The position numbers and the translations under genes are program-made. Shown here one piece after another: positions 61,801 through 64,000 of a stretch of DNA of 64,000 nucleotides. Source of the DNA: Anthoceros angustus (lineage: Eukaryota; Plantae; Anthocerotophyta). The notes beneath the pieces were generated by a model, which made no database searches, was not told the DNA's origin, and worked only from the letters and a program-made list of their open reading frames with translations. The stretch lies in contig MU008155.1 in the NCBI GenBank assembly GCA_010909165.1, positions 186,001 to 250,000 on the forward strand, read 5' to 3'. Numbering within the stretch: position 1 is the first letter of the stretch; each line of letters opens with the position of its first letter.

Positions 61801-64000
61801 CCCACCTCAGGCGCCCTTGCACGCTCTACTTGGCGGGGCCTCCGGCCCTTGGGCCCGTTCAAGCTCTCCCTCCTTGAGCTCGAAATGTCCCCATACATGA
61901 ATCGGTATGGGGTCGGCCCCGATGGCGAGGCTTCGCTCCTTAGCTTCGTGCCTCTGGCGAACAGGCGAAGATAATCCTTCCCAGTCCGCTCTCTTCCCCG
62001 CTGGCGCATGCGAGGCCAGGTTATCACCAAGGTGATCCACCTTGGTGGCGAGTTCAATGGACAATGATCCGGGCTACCGCCCTTACTCGGTATCCGGCGG
62101 ATCGGATATCAACCATCCGTTGGTTGTCCGCTGCGTTCGAGCCTCGGCGCGGCGCTGGCCCTATCTTCCCCGCCCGCCTTAAGGGGCTCGCGCCCCTTCT
62201 TCCTCCTTGGGCGGTTGTAGGCCATCCTCGGGACCTCAGGTCCATCGCCTCGGGTCCTCCGGAGGTTCTTGGATCGGACCTCCTTGTTGATCGCCCGCAT
62301 CTTCCAAACTACTCCGGACTAGCGTCAAAGGTCCGGACCATTTGGAACACGTCGGATGCCACTCTGCACCAATTCCCTGCTTCCTCCGGCGGGGCCCGAA
62401 GTCCGGATAGCGCGGGTCACAATGTTGCGCTCCACGGTCCATGGCTCCCAGACTCCGGCTTTTGGGTGCCATTGCTTTCTCCTCCTCTTGTTCTTTATGC
62501 TGGCGAGTCCGGCGCGATGTTCCTCCGCCGCGCGTTCTGCTCCAACGCCAGCGTGGCGCCCAAAAAGCGCCGAGCCGGATTGCGGGCGCAAGGCTGTGAG
62601 GATTGCAGGCTGCCGTGACCTCCCTCCGCGCTTGTGGAAATGCTGGCGGAAGGCGCCTCTTCGTTGTCCGTAGCGCGAGTGCATGGCTCGACCCTACGCT
62701 TCCGCTTACTCGGCCGCCGCGCGGCGCGGGCGTGAATACTGCCTGCGGCCTCGGCAAGGTTCACGGTCTGACCTCTGCATGCCCGACCTCCACTCGGGGC
62801 CGTCCGTGCCTCATCCTCACGCCTCCGCTCCTAGGTTACTTTCCTGGCGTATCCTATTTTGACACAGGTGGGTTCGGACTTATCCGTTACTCCGGCGTAG
62901 TCGAGCTTGCCATAGTGGTGGTCCGTTGTTCACTCCAGTCGGAGTATACTCGAGCCTCGTCCGGCTACCCCAATTTATTCCTCCTTTTCCGCCTTATTTA
63001 TCCTTCAATCCTAAAAAAGCGAAACCCTACTTATTTCTTAACTCCCGAAGTGCATAGCCCACATACTCCCTTCTCATCATTGGCGTCTCCAACACTAAAC
63101 ATGATACTTCTTCACCGCCACCCGTTCCCAGTGGGCAGCGACTCTCCATCTAGGCGCCGTGGTGGGCCGGACCCGTTGTCATATACTTGCACCACTTGGT
63201 ACGGACCCATCCATCTCGGTGAAGTTTGCGAAAATGCATGACGACTATCATAAAGGAGGGCGGGTCCCCCCTTTACATACTCGATTCGCGATCGTGATCG
63301 TGCCAAATCTTTATTTGGTTTTGCACCAATGCATCTTCAATGAGCTTCTTCCCATCCTCGTGTCTTTGAACAAACCCCAAGAGTCGCTCGATGGCTTTCC
63401 TCTGTCAGTCTCCTTCCATCATTACTCGAAAAGTGGGCACTTCAAACTCCCGGCATTACGGAGAGTGTCCGTAGGTCAAGTAAGGGTCCGTTGTGTGGTC
63501 ACCTTCTGCTGTCCGGGCAGTCACGGATGGCGGCTTGGTATCCGATCATGGGCGTAGTTCCGTGAGTTTATTCGAGATCCTGCGGATGAGCCCATTTGTC
63601 TTCTCTGTCGGCCATTGGCCTTAGGATTGTAGGGTGCCGTCTTGCGATGATTGATGCGAAATACTCCGTCATGGCGGCCACCACATCATTAAGGAAATGG
63701 GTTCCCCTATCACTTACCAATGCGGACATCCGTCGGGGTTATGATGTTCTCGTGCGAGAATTTGGCCACGGTGTTTGCGAGTCCGTTCTTGTCATACCGC
63801 CTCTACCCACAGTGCGATGTCCGTTGCCACCGGGATGTATCTCCTTTGTGTGTGTTGTCTTGTAGGTGTATGGGTCCAACAAAGTCAATACCCCACTTTT
63901 CGAAGGTGCGGTGCCAATATCGGTACTAGCGGCCTTGTGTCGGGGTTGGCTTTCCGATCCGACAAGCATCACACTTCTTCTAAGCGGTGGGTGTCCCCAT
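58866..64000 (-). mobile_element. Tat/Athila-like Ty3/gypsy element, 3' part (integrase, 3.6-kb extra region, PPT, 3' LTR)
   Basis: Integrase 64000-63100 (KCDAC, WGIDFVGP-like, SDRGTHFLN, KANG, RWMGPY...NGWR). LTR 58866-59434 with inverted ends TGATAGGCG/CGCCTATC and an adjacent purine tract on the minus strand. Confidence 0.82.
59720..59870. repeat. Array of palindromic (A)GTCCGGACT units in the 3' UTR
   Basis: About 10 imperfect copies are directly visible. Confidence 0.8.

Overview
Eukaryotic, plant-type DNA (streptophyte, probably a non-seed land plant; the species cannot be determined from sequence). One intact six-exon host gene, a FatB-like acyl-ACP thioesterase (35191-37161, minus strand), sits between two deep transposon nests. 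Left nest: a Sola-type DNA transposase carries two Ty1/copia insertions (B, C). Copia-B contains copia-A, which in turn contains a LINE and the end of a CACTA element. Right nest: a pogo-like transposase remnant is interrupted by an older Ty3/gypsy element (minus strand). That element is split by a related, complete 13.1-kb element (42857-55953, plus strand) and truncated by a Tat/Athila-like element. The main result concerns these two related gypsy elements. Both encode a DNMT3-like C5 cytosine methyltransferase between protease and RT and a PHD finger after a DDE integrase. Instead of ordinary LTRs they have split direct repeats (A1-[ORFs]-B1-A2-B2), an architecture I know only from tyrosine-recombinase (PAT/Ngaro) retroelements. 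Many frameshifts and two near-identical tandem duplications suggest that part of the assembly is unpolished long-read sequence, so reading-frame breaks may not all be real.
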